20,000 nucleotides of DNA. Origin: an uncultured virus (IMG/VR IMGVR_UViG_3300046536_000394). Taxonomy: Duplodnaviria; Heunggongvirae; Uroviricota; Caudoviricetes. Both the position numbers and the translations under genes were made by a program. The notes under the pieces were generated by a model. That model did no database searches. It was given only the letters and a program-made list of their open reading frames with translations, and was not told the origin of the DNA. Shown here piece by piece: positions 1 to 8,864 of the stretch (its first letter is position 1; each line of letters opens with the position of its first letter). The DNA is taken from IMG/VR virus record IMGVR_UViG_3300046536_000394; one strand, written 5' to 3'.

Positions 1-337
1 AGTAATCCTCCTCAGTCAAGTCCGGAACGCCTGAAGCGTCGATGCCGACGGATGTCAGCAGATCGCGCAATTGATCTTGTGAGTGATCGAACCAGCGATC
101 GCGAATGAAGAGCTTTTCTCCCTCTCCCCGCACGAAGAATTTGCATTGACGTCCATGGACGTAATCCATGTACACACGATCAACCGGGCGCCCCATGGCG
201 ATGATCGCTTTTGCGTCTTCCGTCGAAAGCTCGCCCTCCTGAAAATGCAGCCCGCCCATTCCAACCGGCCTGCTCCTGGCGTAGGCACCTTTGACGAGGG
301 CGATAAGGTCTACGCCGGTTACTTCGATATTTGCCAT
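1..337 (-). CDS. Phage hypothetical protein, 3' end outside the window (MANIEVTGVDLIALVKGAYARSRPVGMGGLHF...YMDYVHGRQCKF...)
   Basis: Hand translation, not in the ORF track. The ATG at 337 overlaps the TAA of the upstream gene (TAATG) and the frame is open to position 1. Confidence 0.75.
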   Translation of the reverse strand, partial: MANIEVTGVDLIALVKGAYARSRPVGMGGLHFQEGELSTEDAKAIIAMGRPVDRVYMDYVHGRQCKFFVRGEGEKLFIRDRWFDHSQDQLRDLLTSVGIDASGVPDLTEEDY

Positions 338-717
338 TAGTAAGGTCTCCTTCTGTTGATTGGGATCATGTCGGCGGCATCCATCCAGCGCATCCACCGC
401 CTCGGGTTGATATCGAAGCATTCGTGATCGAGGACGACGGAAAGCGTCCTCATAGCGCGGATGTAACGCTCCGGATCCTGGTCAAGCGCCAAGAACATAA
501 CAAACGCCATGGTCTCTTTGCGCATGAACCTGAAAACGTTCGGCATCTTCTGCAGCTCGATGCCCTTCTGATGCGCGAGATCAAACATCAGCCGCGCCGT
601 GTAGTCGACGCTCCTCGACGTCGGGCAGATGTAGAGAACCATTTGCGGTCCATCCATCATCTCGAGGACGTCGAGGAGCTGGCGTGTCGTGCGGCCCGAT
701 CCGCGTCCTCCGTTCAT
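337..717 (-). CDS. Small hypothetical protein with degenerate P-loop-like motifs
   Basis: 126 aa, coupled on both sides; N-terminal GRGSGRTT and later VVLDHE. Confidence 0.7.
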   Translation of the reverse strand: MNGGRGSGRTTRQLLDVLEMMDGPQMVLYICPTSRSVDYTARLMFDLAHQKGIELQKMPNVFRFMRKETMAFVMFLALDQDPERYIRAMRTLSVVLDHECFDINPRRWMRWMDAADMIPINRRRPY

Positions 718-1646
718 CGGCGTAGAACCGGGAAGGCATCGTGGACGACGCCGTTGATGGTCCGGCCGCTACGTCCCTTGCCAACCTTGCGCACCGTGGC
801 GCCGTCCGGGAATTTGAAATGATCACCCGGTCCCTCGACCTCGGAAACCGATACCCACTCGCCATTTTGCTTGTGGTGATATGGAACCCTCCATTGAGCG
901 CACTGATCCCGCAGCGATCGGAATGCCCCCGGATGCGTCGGACGCGCTCTGTGCGCTCCCTGATCGGTTTCTCCGCCTGTTATCACCCAATCGATGTAGT
1001 GAATAAGAGGCGGTTCCGTCGGTTTGCCCTGGCAACCGCACTCAAATCCACCGCAGCACCGTTCCGGGCCTCCAGGGAAGAGCGACTCCGGATACTCCAG
1101 ATCGAGGTGCTCGAGGAGCGGCTCGCAGGACAGAAACGCGAACAGAGCATCGTTGTCGTGCTTGGCCCTGATGAGATGCGGGACATTGAGATCGGCGCGC
1201 TTTTGATCCTCGATCGTTGTTCCGATCGCAGCGTTGCTTGGCAAGCCGCCGGCCTCGAGCGCCAGCTTCGTGATGAGCTGCGGCCGCTTCGTCAGCAGCA
1301 GATAGATGAGGCGAGGCGTGTCCCTCATCACCTTGAAGGCGTCGGCCCGCCACTGCGGATCCCACTGGTTGTCGAAGACGTCGGAAAGACTCGAGCAAAA
1401 CACGAATGGCCGTGTCCCGTCGCGCTCCGCCTTGCGGTTCCATCTCGCCGGATCATTCCAGGTATGCGCAGATGTCCGGACGCGCTCGCCGGCGCCGGCC
1501 CCAGGCTTGCCCCAATCGACGCGATGATAGCGCTTGTCCATCAGGTTTTCAGCGTAGCAGCCGTCGCATGCCGGCGAGACCTTGGCGCACCCGATCACAG
1601 GATTCCAGGTGTGGTCGCACCAACTGATATGTGTCACTTCACCCAT
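714..1646 (-). CDS. Phage Gp37/Gp68 (DUF5131) family protein
   Basis: Family motifs ISWCDHTWNPVIGCAKVSPACDGCYA, VFCSSLSDVF, LLLTKRP, FLSCEPLL, IDWVITGGET, HHKQNGEW. Confidence 0.93.
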   Translation of the reverse strand: MGEVTHISWCDHTWNPVIGCAKVSPACDGCYAENLMDKRYHRVDWGKPGAGAGERVRTSAHTWNDPARWNRKAERDGTRPFVFCSSLSDVFDNQWDPQWRADAFKVMRDTPRLIYLLLTKRPQLITKLALEAGGLPSNAAIGTTIEDQKRADLNVPHLIRAKHDNDALFAFLSCEPLLEHLDLEYPESLFPGGPERCCGGFECGCQGKPTEPPLIHYIDWVITGGETDQGAHRARPTHPGAFRSLRDQCAQWRVPYHHKQNGEWVSVSEVEGPGDHFKFPDGATVRKVGKGRSGRTINGVVHDAFPVLRR

Positions 1647-1647
1647 T

Positions 1648-1866
1648 TTATTCGGTCCCCCGTATAGCCATGATCTTGAGTTTGTTTTGGGCGGCGATCT
1701 TGCGCATAGAGTCGATCGCCTTGCCGATATCGGGCGCCTGCTGCGGGATCAACGCATCCGCAACAAGCTTCTTTGTGAGATCGTGCATCGCCGTCTTCAG
1801 GCTGACATGCGGGCGACACCTCAGATACCAGTTGAGGAAGTCGATCTGGCGTTGCGCGTCCATCAT
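1648..1866 (-). CDS. Hypothetical protein
   Basis: 72 aa; fits operon packing, with its start overlapping the upstream stop. Confidence 0.65.
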   Translation of the reverse strand: MMDAQRQIDFLNWYLRCRPHVSLKTAMHDLTKKLVADALIPQQAPDIGKAIDSMRKIAAQNKLKIMAIRGTE

Positions 1867-2045
1867 AGTGTTTCCATCTTCGCGAAGACGACAACGGCGG
1901 TCCAGACGACAACGGCGACAGCAACCCCGTAGATGACGAGGGAGAGCGGCGTATCAGCGTTGTACAATTCCCTGAATGTAGCCATGACCGACAGCATCAG
2001 GCCGGTGCGCGCCAGCCACGCGTTCTTTTTCGTGAGCTTCATCAT
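1863..2045 (-). CDS. Small membrane protein (2 predicted TM helices)
   Basis: 60 aa, two hydrophobic stretches, ATGA coupling. Confidence 0.7.
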   Translation of the reverse strand: MMKLTKKNAWLARTGLMLSVMATFRELYNADTPLSLVIYGVAVAVVVWTAVVVFAKMETL

Positions 2046-2230
2046 AGGGCACCTATCCAGATGAGGGTGATCACGAACAGGATGGTTAGCCCGATGAGGC
2101 CGACGGTCCCGGTGACAACGGAGACGCCCATGGCTGTGTCGTTATCCGCCCCAGGGCGCGACCTGAAGGTGGCGCGGAGCGAAAGAACGGTGACAACAAT
2201 GAGCGCGGCGACAATGAGATAGATCAGCAT
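2042..2230 (-). CDS. Small membrane protein (2 predicted TM helices), MLIYLIVAALIVVTVLSL...
   Basis: Start re-assigned to ATG at 2230, just after the upstream stop at 2232; 62 aa, hydrophobic. Confidence 0.7.
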   Translation of the reverse strand: MLIYLIVAALIVVTVLSLRATFRSRPGADNDTAMGVSVVTGTVGLIGLTILFVITLIWIGAL

Positions 2231-2231
2231 T

Positions 2232-2522
2232 TTATATCCCCATGGCCCTTTCGATGGCCTGTTTCCTGATGATGGCCCATGACTTATCGAGGAGCCTGGC
2301 GAGCCTGGCCGCTTCGATCCGCTTCTTAGACCCGGCCGGGAATTCCCAAAACGCGGTCTTGCCGAAGCGTTTGATGTAGCGGCGCAAAAGCATGCTATCG
2401 CGCCGCCGCATGTATTTGGGGACAAGCGGCCAATGGCGGCCGCAGATCCATTCGGCGCCGCCTTGTGTCAGCGTCTTCGTCCGCCGGCAATGCGGGACGC
2501 AGCATGGGGTCCGATCCGTCAT
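2232..2522 (-). CDS. Hypothetical protein with Cys/His cluster (possible Zn-binding)
   Basis: CCVPHC...WICGRHW motif; ATGA coupling. Confidence 0.75.
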   Translation of the reverse strand: MTDRTPCCVPHCRRTKTLTQGGAEWICGRHWPLVPKYMRRRDSMLLRRYIKRFGKTAFWEFPAGSKKRIEAARLARLLDKSWAIIRKQAIERAMGI

Positions 2523-3295
2523 GGATAGAGCCGATCGATGTTGCCATCGAGGACGGTGAATGTGTAGACCAGAACCCAGGGGTTAAATCCCCACTGGCCA
2601 GATCCGTGAATCGTATCCCAAAGAGCGGCATACATTTCGCGCGCCGTTGGCCTCGACAAGACCGGGAAGTTAGGATCCGGATGCTCGGCCCCCGGGACGA
2701 TGTAGCCTTTCCATTTCTCGGAATAGACGACGCCTTCCGCCTTGGCATCTTCCTCCGTGATGTCCTGGAGCCGCTCGACGTTGATATCGTCGATCAGCAA
2801 GGTGAGGCGCGAGACGACTCGAGGCATATGCATCGCTTGGCGAAACTTGCCGTAGGGCGCCATCTCGTGATCGTCATCGTCCAGGAAGAACCCCCGATCT
2901 GGAGCCTTGCCGATCGACAAGCCGCCACCGGCCTCGTAGCGGATCGCGGCGCCACGGCCGCCCGCCAGCAGGTTCTTCGGCATGTGATCCTCGCACGTCT
3001 TGTCGAACGAGGCGAACGTCCTCCAGGGTTCCCGCACGTAGAAGGCGTCGCCGATCTCTTTGCTTGGCTCATAGAGCTCCGTAAGGATGGCGCCGCCGCC
3101 GACGGCAGATGCGCCGAAACGGAATGCCTTATGCGGATAGCGCGAGTCCCCGGGGACCACGGTCATATCGACATCGCCCTGGCAATAGCCATTGTGGAAC
3201 GGCTGCGGCGATAGGAGTCGACGGCTTTGGTTTTTCAGCTTGGCGCGAAGCAGGTTCACGTTCGGAGCTGTGAATGTGATCGGATGCTTCCTCAT
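2519..3295 (-). CDS. Phage ASCH/PUA-like domain protein
   Basis: PITFTAPNV...KNQSRR, GDAFYVREPW, MHMPRVVSRLTLLI..INVERLQDITEEDAKAEG, W..NPWVLVYTF. Confidence 0.85.
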   Translation of the reverse strand: MRKHPITFTAPNVNLLRAKLKNQSRRLLSPQPFHNGYCQGDVDMTVVPGDSRYPHKAFRFGASAVGGGAILTELYEPSKEIGDAFYVREPWRTFASFDKTCEDHMPKNLLAGGRGAAIRYEAGGGLSIGKAPDRGFFLDDDDHEMAPYGKFRQAMHMPRVVSRLTLLIDDINVERLQDITEEDAKAEGVVYSEKWKGYIVPGAEHPDPNFPVLSRPTAREMYAALWDTIHGSGQWGFNPWVLVYTFTVLDGNIDRLYP

Positions 3296-3570
3296 CGGCC
3301 CTCCTCCGCAGCCAGCATCTTGGAGAGCTCGATCGGCAACAGCTTCTCCATCGACTTCCGGTAAACCTTGCGGCCATGGGGATCATCGATCGATGCCAGA
3401 AACGATGCCTGGAGCCGCACGAAGGCAGCAACAAAGGCGCGCGGATCCGGCTGGCGCCCTTGCTGCTTCACCTTGCGGGTGATTTCCGAAAACACGGTGG
3501 AGAACCCGGCGATGAGCTCTTCGGTCTGGACGTCCATTTCGGACTTTTTACGCTCGCTTGCGGTCATCAA
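3292..3570 (-). CDS. Hypothetical helical protein
   Basis: 92 aa, coupled on both sides, GGAG upstream. Confidence 0.7.
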   Translation of the reverse strand: MMTASERKKSEMDVQTEELIAGFSTVFSEITRKVKQQGRQPDPRAFVAAFVRLQASFLASIDDPHGRKVYRKSMEKLLPIELSKMLAAEEGR

Positions 3571-4016
3571 AACTCGTACTCCCCTTCGGGTTCACCATTG
3601 CCTCTATCGACGCGCGGCGGACTCAAGACTTCCTCAAGCACGGCCTGCAGCCTGTCGCCCGTCGGCGCCGATGCCGGGAGATCCGATAGGGGCGGCCTAT
3701 CCTCGATCTCATCGAAGTCCGGATCCGGCCGGCTCAAATCGCCAAGCGCCACGGTATGGAATTGGTCGAAGCTCATGACCCAGGCGACATCGTGGTTCTT
3801 GTCGATGCCGATGATGACGCCTTTCAAATCACCGCCATCCCAAACGACCAAGTCGGCGATCTCGAAAGCTGCGCGATGCATGACGGCGTCGGTTTGATTG
3901 ATGTAGATGTTGGACGATCGCGGCATCTCGACTTTCATCTGGCCGCCCTCTTTGTCGACCCACATGACCTCGCCAAGAACCATGACGAGATCGCCCTTTT
4001 TGAACAAATCAGCCAT
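3567..4016 (-). CDS. Hypothetical protein with two SH3/KOW-like repeats
   Basis: Start re-assigned to MADLFKKGDLV with AGGAG upstream; repeats FKKGDLV..GEV..VD and FEIADLV..GVIIGID. Confidence 0.72.
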   Translation of the reverse strand: MADLFKKGDLVMVLGEVMWVDKEGGQMKVEMPRSSNIYINQTDAVMHRAAFEIADLVVWDGGDLKGVIIGIDKNHDVAWVMSFDQFHTVALGDLSRPDPDFDEIEDRPPLSDLPASAPTGDRLQAVLEEVLSPPRVDRGNGEPEGEYEF

Positions 4017-4326
4017 TCGCCGTCTCCTTGAATTCCCCATGCAGGGTTTTGATGCGCGGTAGCGAGATCACTACGCTGACCTGTCGAGACCCGTTGTCGC
4101 GAACCTTGTTCAGCATAACTTTCTCGGCAGTAGCCTCCGGCCGGGAACGTCTATTGTCCTCCCGGCTGGACTGGTCGCGGATCCTTCCTTCGTAGATCCG
4201 GTGGCGGGCGGCGGCGACGACGTCGCGCCCCACCTCGAGCTCTTTGGCGATCTGGCCAGTATTCTTGCCGGCCTCAAAGAGCTCCCGGATTTTTCCGTCC
4301 GGTGGCGGGATCTGCTTCTTCCTCAT
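4009..4326 (-). CDS. Helix-turn-helix DNA-binding protein
   Basis: Start re-assigned to MRKKQIPP (ATGA overlap with the RecT-like stop); IRELFEAGKNTGQIAKELEVGRDVV HTH pattern. Confidence 0.72.
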   Translation of the reverse strand: MRKKQIPPPDGKIRELFEAGKNTGQIAKELEVGRDVVAAARHRIYEGRIRDQSSREDNRRSRPEATAEKVMLNKVRDNGSRQVSVVISLPRIKTLHGEFKETANG

Positions 4327-5570
4327 TTCGCAGCCGCCTTCTTCACCGGCAGATCCTTGTCGTCGAAGCCGGCGAGCCCGTTGATGTATTTGCGCATCGG
4401 CTCCGGCTTCTTCCGATCCATGACAACATCCATGCAGGTATCGAAAATGGCCGATGCCTTCTCGCGGATCTCCATGGCAACGTTGTCCGACGGATAGGTG
4501 GCGAGGAAGCCGTTGCGCTGCGCCTTTAGGACGAGGACGTCGCCGCCTGGGTTCGTCGCCGCCCAAAGTGACGTTGTCAGGTTGCGCAGCCATTCCCAAT
4601 CCATGACCGTCGGGCGGCCATTGTTGGCGACGGGGAGATCCTTCTTGACCTCCTCCTTCTCGGCAATATCAGGGGACGACTCGGCAATAGGGGTGTCCGT
4701 GTCGTCCCCGGTGGAGGGCTCTTCATTGGAGATGGAGTGGCCCTCCTCTTCCGCGGCTGAAACGCTCACGGAATCTGAATTCGATTTGGTCTCATCGACC
4801 TTTTCGCCATTGGTATCGGCGTTGATGCGATCGCTATCGAAGCCGTCGGTCTTTCCCGATTGCGCTGCGCGGAGCCGCTCGAGGACGGCGGACCCGGAGT
4901 GCGTCGTCCGCGCCGGGGTGACGTCGCGCATCGTCTGCTGCGGCTCGTATTCGTCGGCCGCCATGATGCCAAGCATTGCGCCTGGTTCGTGCAGGCGAGC
5001 CCACTCGCGGGCGCCACGGTTGAAAAGCATCTTCCGCCAGTCCGACGGCTTCGACCACGCTGAATTCGCTCCTGTCGTCTTCCAGTTGTTGACGTTGCCA
5101 TCGACGTAGCGGCCCATGGACCCGTCCTCGAGCACTTCGAAGACGCGGACAGCCAGATCTTCATTTGGCGTGGCGATGCCGACCTGGGTTTCCTTCATCT
5201 CCGGATCCCACTTGCCGAAGGCGTGCTTCAGCTCGACGGACAGCACCGTATTGAGAACGGCGGCCACAAGCTTGCCTTCGAACATCAACTTGCCGCGCAC
5301 GATCGATGTCGCCTGCGAAACCGAGAATGGGTCCAGCTTCCAGTTGAAGGAGATGTTGGCGATCAGAAAGCAGTTCGCCTTGATGACGTCGAACGACAAT
5401 TCGGTTTTCGGATCCGTGGTCATGTCGAACCGGAGCGACTCCGGTATCAGCGACGACATCGCCATGACATCTGCGATCGCCATGATTTGGGTGAAGTGGC
5501 CGACGTCCAGCAGCGGGTTCGTGCGGGCGATCGGGAAGAACTGTTCTTCGGTTGCTACTATTTCGTTCAT
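4323..5570 (-). CDS. RecT-like single-strand annealing protein with acidic linker and C-terminal domain
   Basis: Start MNEIVATEEQ coupled to the exonuclease stop; motifs ANCFLI...WKLDPFSV...GKLMFEGKLVAAVL and KMLFNRGAREWARLHEPGAMLG; directly follows a RecE-like gene. Confidence 0.8.
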   Translation of the reverse strand: MNEIVATEEQFFPIARTNPLLDVGHFTQIMAIADVMAMSSLIPESLRFDMTTDPKTELSFDVIKANCFLIANISFNWKLDPFSVSQATSIVRGKLMFEGKLVAAVLNTVLSVELKHAFGKWDPEMKETQVGIATPNEDLAVRVFEVLEDGSMGRYVDGNVNNWKTTGANSAWSKPSDWRKMLFNRGAREWARLHEPGAMLGIMAADEYEPQQTMRDVTPARTTHSGSAVLERLRAAQSGKTDGFDSDRINADTNGEKVDETKSNSDSVSVSAAEEEGHSISNEEPSTGDDTDTPIAESSPDIAEKEEVKKDLPVANNGRPTVMDWEWLRNLTTSLWAATNPGGDVLVLKAQRNGFLATYPSDNVAMEIREKASAIFDTCMDVVMDRKKPEPMRKYINGLAGFDDKDLPVKKAAAK

Positions 5571-6502
5571 GGGTGAAATCCATCCATTGCTAGGGCTTTG
5601 ACGAGGCGATCGCGTTCGAATTTCTTCATCCGGATCGATTGGTTTTCCCGGGTGTAGACCGCGACCCCGGGCCATTCGCCGGTGTCGAGACCATGCCGGA
5701 TCTTGTGCAGTGCGTAGTTGACGGTGGCGATGCCGATGAGGATGTCTTCCTCATCCATCACCCTGAAGTCGCTGTCGGCGTAGTCCTTAGACAGCGTGTA
5801 AAACAGCGTGAAGGAGTGGAACGGGATCTGCAGCAAGTCGCAAACCATCTTGGTCATCGCCGCCTGCAGGTAGTAACCCATGTCGCCGATCTGCTTCTCG
5901 AGGAAGTCCGGATCCATGGATGATGTCGTCTTCACGTCGCCGAAGTCGCCATCGGCGGCGCGCACGTCTGGCCTCGAGCGCAGCCAGATCCCGGTACGTG
6001 GGCATCTGGCAAACATCGAGATTTCGACGTCGCCGTTCAACCCGCCGGCCTGGACGAACGGATGCTTCGACGCATCATCGGCCATGCGCTTGATCTGCTC
6101 GAGCTGTTCCGTCGACAAGGTGACGAGACCGGACTCCGCCATGCGCTTGAACCAGTTCTGCCAGACGCGCTTGTTGCCATGATAGGTCTCGCCTTCGACC
6201 TTCTCCGGGATGATGACAAACTTGTCCTTGAAGACTTCATCACCCAAAAGGATGGCGTGGACCGCCTTGCCGAAATCCATCTCGCGCGATGAGGGGCGCT
6301 TGATGCGATTCGGATTGCCGGCGTAATGCTGGAAAAACCGTTTCGGCGTGCCATTGGGCGGCGCCAGATGCTTGACGCTGGACTTCGAAACAGACGGTCC
6401 GGAGAGGAGCGTGGTGTCGTTGTGATAGACCTCGAGCGGGATGCCGCGGTAGAGACCCGGCTTCGTGATCGTGGTCCCCTCTTCCCAATCTATAATCTCC
6501 AA
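5567..6502 (-). CDS. RecE/exonuclease VIII-like PD-(D/E)XK exonuclease (DUF3799-type)
   Basis: PGLY.GIP.EVYH, VSKS, MDFGKAVHAILL, EISMF, LRSRPD, DVKTT, GYYLQAAM motifs. Confidence 0.9.
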   Translation of the reverse strand: MEIIDWEEGTTITKPGLYRGIPLEVYHNDTTLLSGPSVSKSSVKHLAPPNGTPKRFFQHYAGNPNRIKRPSSREMDFGKAVHAILLGDEVFKDKFVIIPEKVEGETYHGNKRVWQNWFKRMAESGLVTLSTEQLEQIKRMADDASKHPFVQAGGLNGDVEISMFARCPRTGIWLRSRPDVRAADGDFGDVKTTSSMDPDFLEKQIGDMGYYLQAAMTKMVCDLLQIPFHSFTLFYTLSKDYADSDFRVMDEEDILIGIATVNYALHKIRHGLDTGEWPGVAVYTRENQSIRMKKFERDRLVKALAMDGFHP

Positions 6503-6687
6503 AGAAGTATTCCTCGTGTGTTGATGCAGCAGGCTGCAACGGCGAATATCGCCGCGCAGATGACGAAGAGGGCGGAAGAGCTTTTACAGCTCCTCCAGAT
6601 CATGCCGGACATCAGCAGGAACCCGGCGGACTCGACGATCAGGAGCGCGGTGGCGATCTCGATTAAACCGCTCTTCATATCGCGCAT
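6490..6687 (-). CDS. Small membrane protein (2 TM), MRDMKSGLIEIATALL...
   Basis: Strong AGGAGG Shine-Dalgarno just upstream of ATG 6687; two hydrophobic segments; stop overlaps the exonuclease start. Confidence 0.6.
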   Translation of the reverse strand: MRDMKSGLIEIATALLIVESAGFLLMSGMIWRSCKSSSALFVICAAIFAVAACCINTRGILLWRL

Positions 6688-6778
6688 ACTTCCTCCTGTT
6701 CCCTTTGAGGTACATCCCGATGCCGACGGCGCCGGCGATACAAAAACCAAACCAGACCGAAAGCCCGAAGACGATCAT
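6584..6778 (-). CDS. Small single-TM protein with basic tail
   Basis: ATGA coupling to the upstream gene; N-terminal hydrophobic helix followed by Arg/Lys-rich sequence. Confidence 0.55.
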   Translation of the reverse strand: MIVFGLSVWFGFCIAGAVGIGMYLKGNRRKYARYEERFNRDRHRAPDRRVRRVPADVRHDLEEL

Positions 6779-8040
6779 GCGATGACAAGCCCAACATTGC
6801 GGATCTTGCTGTCGAGGATGGCAGTGACGATCGCACCGGCAGCTTCAGACCGGCTCTTCGTTGCCGCCATAACCCCTGTGATGTCGTCGCAGATTTCCTT
6901 GAAGATGCGTTCCGCCTCATCCTTGCGGATCCGCTGGCGTTCGGTCTCGGCTTCAGCGGCCGCCCGGGCGTCGGCATCTTCCTTCTCGAGGCGCTGGCGT
7001 TCGTTCTCGGCGGCGATGTCGTCGTCGATCTTCTTCTGTGCTGCGGCCTGCCTGTCGGTTTCCTCCTTCTCGAGGCGGTCCCGTTCAAGCTTGTCGGCGC
7101 GCTCCGTGGCGTCGAGGGCGTCCTGCTCCGCCTTCTTCACCCGGGCGTCGGCGTCGGCGATCGCCTGCAGACGCTCTTCCTCGGCCTTGTCTGCGGCGGC
7201 GGCTTCATCCTTCTCCACGTAGAGCTTGCGGAGCGCGCCGTTGTAGGCTTGCGTCGCCTGATCGCGGAGATCGCCATAGCTGGCATCGATCTGCATGCCA
7301 TCGAGCGCCTTGAAGCGGGCCGCCAGTTCGGCCTTCTCGCCATCCAGGAAGCCGTTGCCGATATCGATGATGACGCGGATCGAGTCCTTGGCCGCCTGTT
7401 CGCGCTCCGCCTTGTCGGCCTTGTCGCGGAGAGCGGCGAGCTCGAGCCGGTTCGTTTCGGCCACTGCGGCTTCAGCTTCAGCGTTGATCGCCGCCGTCTT
7501 CGCCCGAACCAGGTTCGTATAGGCGGCTTCGATGACGAGTTTGGCCTCATCCTCGAATTCGTCATAGGTCGACATCTCATCCGTCGGCAGCGAGTCGATG
7601 CGAACCTGGATCTGTGCCGACGTCTCGCCGAAGTTGACCTGGCCGGCGAGGCGGGCGGCCTCGATCTTGGCCTGGAGGCGTTCCTTGCGGAGCTTTTCGG
7701 CGTCCTCGAATTTCGTCAGCGGATCCCGGACCGTCTTCTGGCGGGTCTCGAGCTCATCCCAAATCTCGGAACGATCGGCGTTGACCTGGTTGACAACAAG
7801 CTGCGCCTCTTCCTTGCGCTTCGCTCCGGCCTCATCGATGCGGTTCTTCAGTGAGGCAAGGGCGGCGGCCGTCGACTTCAGGACGTCGCGCTCCTTCTTC
7901 GACTCAATGGTTGTCGGAACGTCCTTCAGAACGACGTCGAGCTGCTCGAGGAACGCGGTACGGGCATCCTTACCGAGATCGGGGTGGAAGAGCTGCAGAA
8001 CCTTTGCAGGCTCCAATGTCATGATTTCAAGTTTAGCCAC
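6775..8040 (-). CDS. Long coiled-coil phage protein (family often mis-annotated as TolA-like)
   Basis: 421 aa, A/E/K/R-rich helical sequence; N-terminal SKKERDVLKS.A..L...KNRIDEAG...VRDPLTKFE resembles a recurrent phage family found near recombination genes. Confidence 0.8.
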   Translation of the reverse strand: MAKLEIMTLEPAKVLQLFHPDLGKDARTAFLEQLDVVLKDVPTTIESKKERDVLKSTAAALASLKNRIDEAGAKRKEEAQLVVNQVNADRSEIWDELETRQKTVRDPLTKFEDAEKLRKERLQAKIEAARLAGQVNFGETSAQIQVRIDSLPTDEMSTYDEFEDEAKLVIEAAYTNLVRAKTAAINAEAEAAVAETNRLELAALRDKADKAEREQAAKDSIRVIIDIGNGFLDGEKAELAARFKALDGMQIDASYGDLRDQATQAYNGALRKLYVEKDEAAAADKAEEERLQAIADADARVKKAEQDALDATERADKLERDRLEKEETDRQAAAQKKIDDDIAAENERQRLEKEDADARAAAEAETERQRIRKDEAERIFKEICDDITGVMAATKSRSEAAGAIVTAILDSKIRNVGLVIA

Positions 8041-8044
8041 TGTG

Positions 8045-8221
8045 TTATCGCCTTTCGAGCCGGAGGTAAGCTGAGATGCAGACGCGCGCCTGATCCATGA
8101 ATTCTTTCTTGATCGCCGGCCGCATGTTGCGCCAGCGGGTGTCGGCCCACTTAGGATCCTTCACTTGGGCCCAAAACTCCCACATCGCCTTTGCCGCGGG
8201 CTCGATCGACTTTTCTTCCAT
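8045..8221 (-). CDS. Hypothetical 58-aa protein (MEEKSIEPAAKAMWEFWAQVKDPKWADTRW...)
   Basis: Hand translation, below the ORF-track cutoff; GAGGA Shine-Dalgarno; stop lies just upstream of the next gene start. Confidence 0.65.
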   Translation of the reverse strand: MEEKSIEPAAKAMWEFWAQVKDPKWADTRWRNMRPAIKKEFMDQARVCISAYLRLERR

Positions 8222-8342
8222 CAACCAGTTCCTCGTATTCGTTCCGATATTGCTGGCGCAGCTCGGCGTTGGGTTCGTTGACTAACAGCCATTCCAATTC
8301 CTTGATCTGGCCGGCGATCGGGAGATGCGAGTTACGCTTCAT
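8151..8342 (-). CDS. Hypothetical protein
   Basis: 63 aa; start overlaps the upstream gene end, GGAG upstream. Confidence 0.5.
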   Translation of the reverse strand: MKRNSHLPIAGQIKELEWLLVNEPNAELRQQYRNEYEELVDGRKVDRARGKGDVGVLGPSEGS

Positions 8343-8574
8343 CTGGCTTCTTCTCCGCTGGCGGGGTTAGAGTTGTCCAGCCGCACATGATGGCTATGGC
8401 GCAAACCCTTGCGAGGCCATGGCCGAGACTGACGTCCCCGAAGGCGGCCTCGACCAGGCCGGCACAGCGTTCGCGTTCGGCCCGAAGAGCGTTGAGATGA
8501 TCGGCGTTCGTGATGTAGTGGCCACCCAATTGCTCCTCCATCTTCCCGCACATATGAGGCGAGTAGCGCTTCAT
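8332..8574 (-). CDS. Hypothetical protein (MKRYSPHMCGKMEE...)
   Basis: Start re-assigned to ATG 8574 (ATGA overlap); AERERCA motif common in phage early proteins. Confidence 0.7.
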   Translation of the reverse strand: MKRYSPHMCGKMEEQLGGHYITNADHLNALRAERERCAGLVEAAFGDVSLGHGLARVCAIAIMCGWTTLTPPAEKKPDEA

Positions 8575-8864
8575 TCCGGAAACTCCGGAGGGGCATCGAA
8601 CATCGGCGCCCAGGCGTAGAGATCGCGATCGGTTTTGATGCCGGCCCACCAACCCGTCGGGTGCTGCTTCGTCGGTTCCGTCCGATACGTCGGGATCCAC
8701 TTCATCACCCCGGCATCGATGACGGCGCCAAGGATCGGCTCCGACTTGAACGACGTCGTTGTCCGTGTCCCGCCCTTGCCGTCCGGCCCGGTATGAACCA
8801 GCGTCTTGCCTCGAGGCGCGTTCTCGACGTCGTAACGCCACATGAAAATAACTGTCCTGCTCAT
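8571..8864 (-). CDS. Hypothetical protein (WRYDVENAPRG...YAWAPM, DUF551-like pattern)
   Basis: Start at the ATGA overlap with the LuxR-type stop; 97 aa. Confidence 0.7.
   Translation of the reverse strand: MSRTVIFMWRYDVENAPRGKTLVHTGPDGKGGTRTTTSFKSEPILGAVIDAGVMKWIPTYRTEPTKQHPTGWWAGIKTDRDLYAWAPMFDAPPEFPE

Noticed and set aside
6775..8040. True TolA or SMC protein
   Set aside because: No N-terminal TM anchor and no ATPase motifs; the similarity is only compositional coiled coil
741..8074. Long plus-strand ORFs (741-1667, 2465-3214, 6326-7222, 7249-7854 and others)
   Set aside because: Antisense shadows of well-supported minus-strand genes, as expected from GC-rich codon usage; no motifs or RBS
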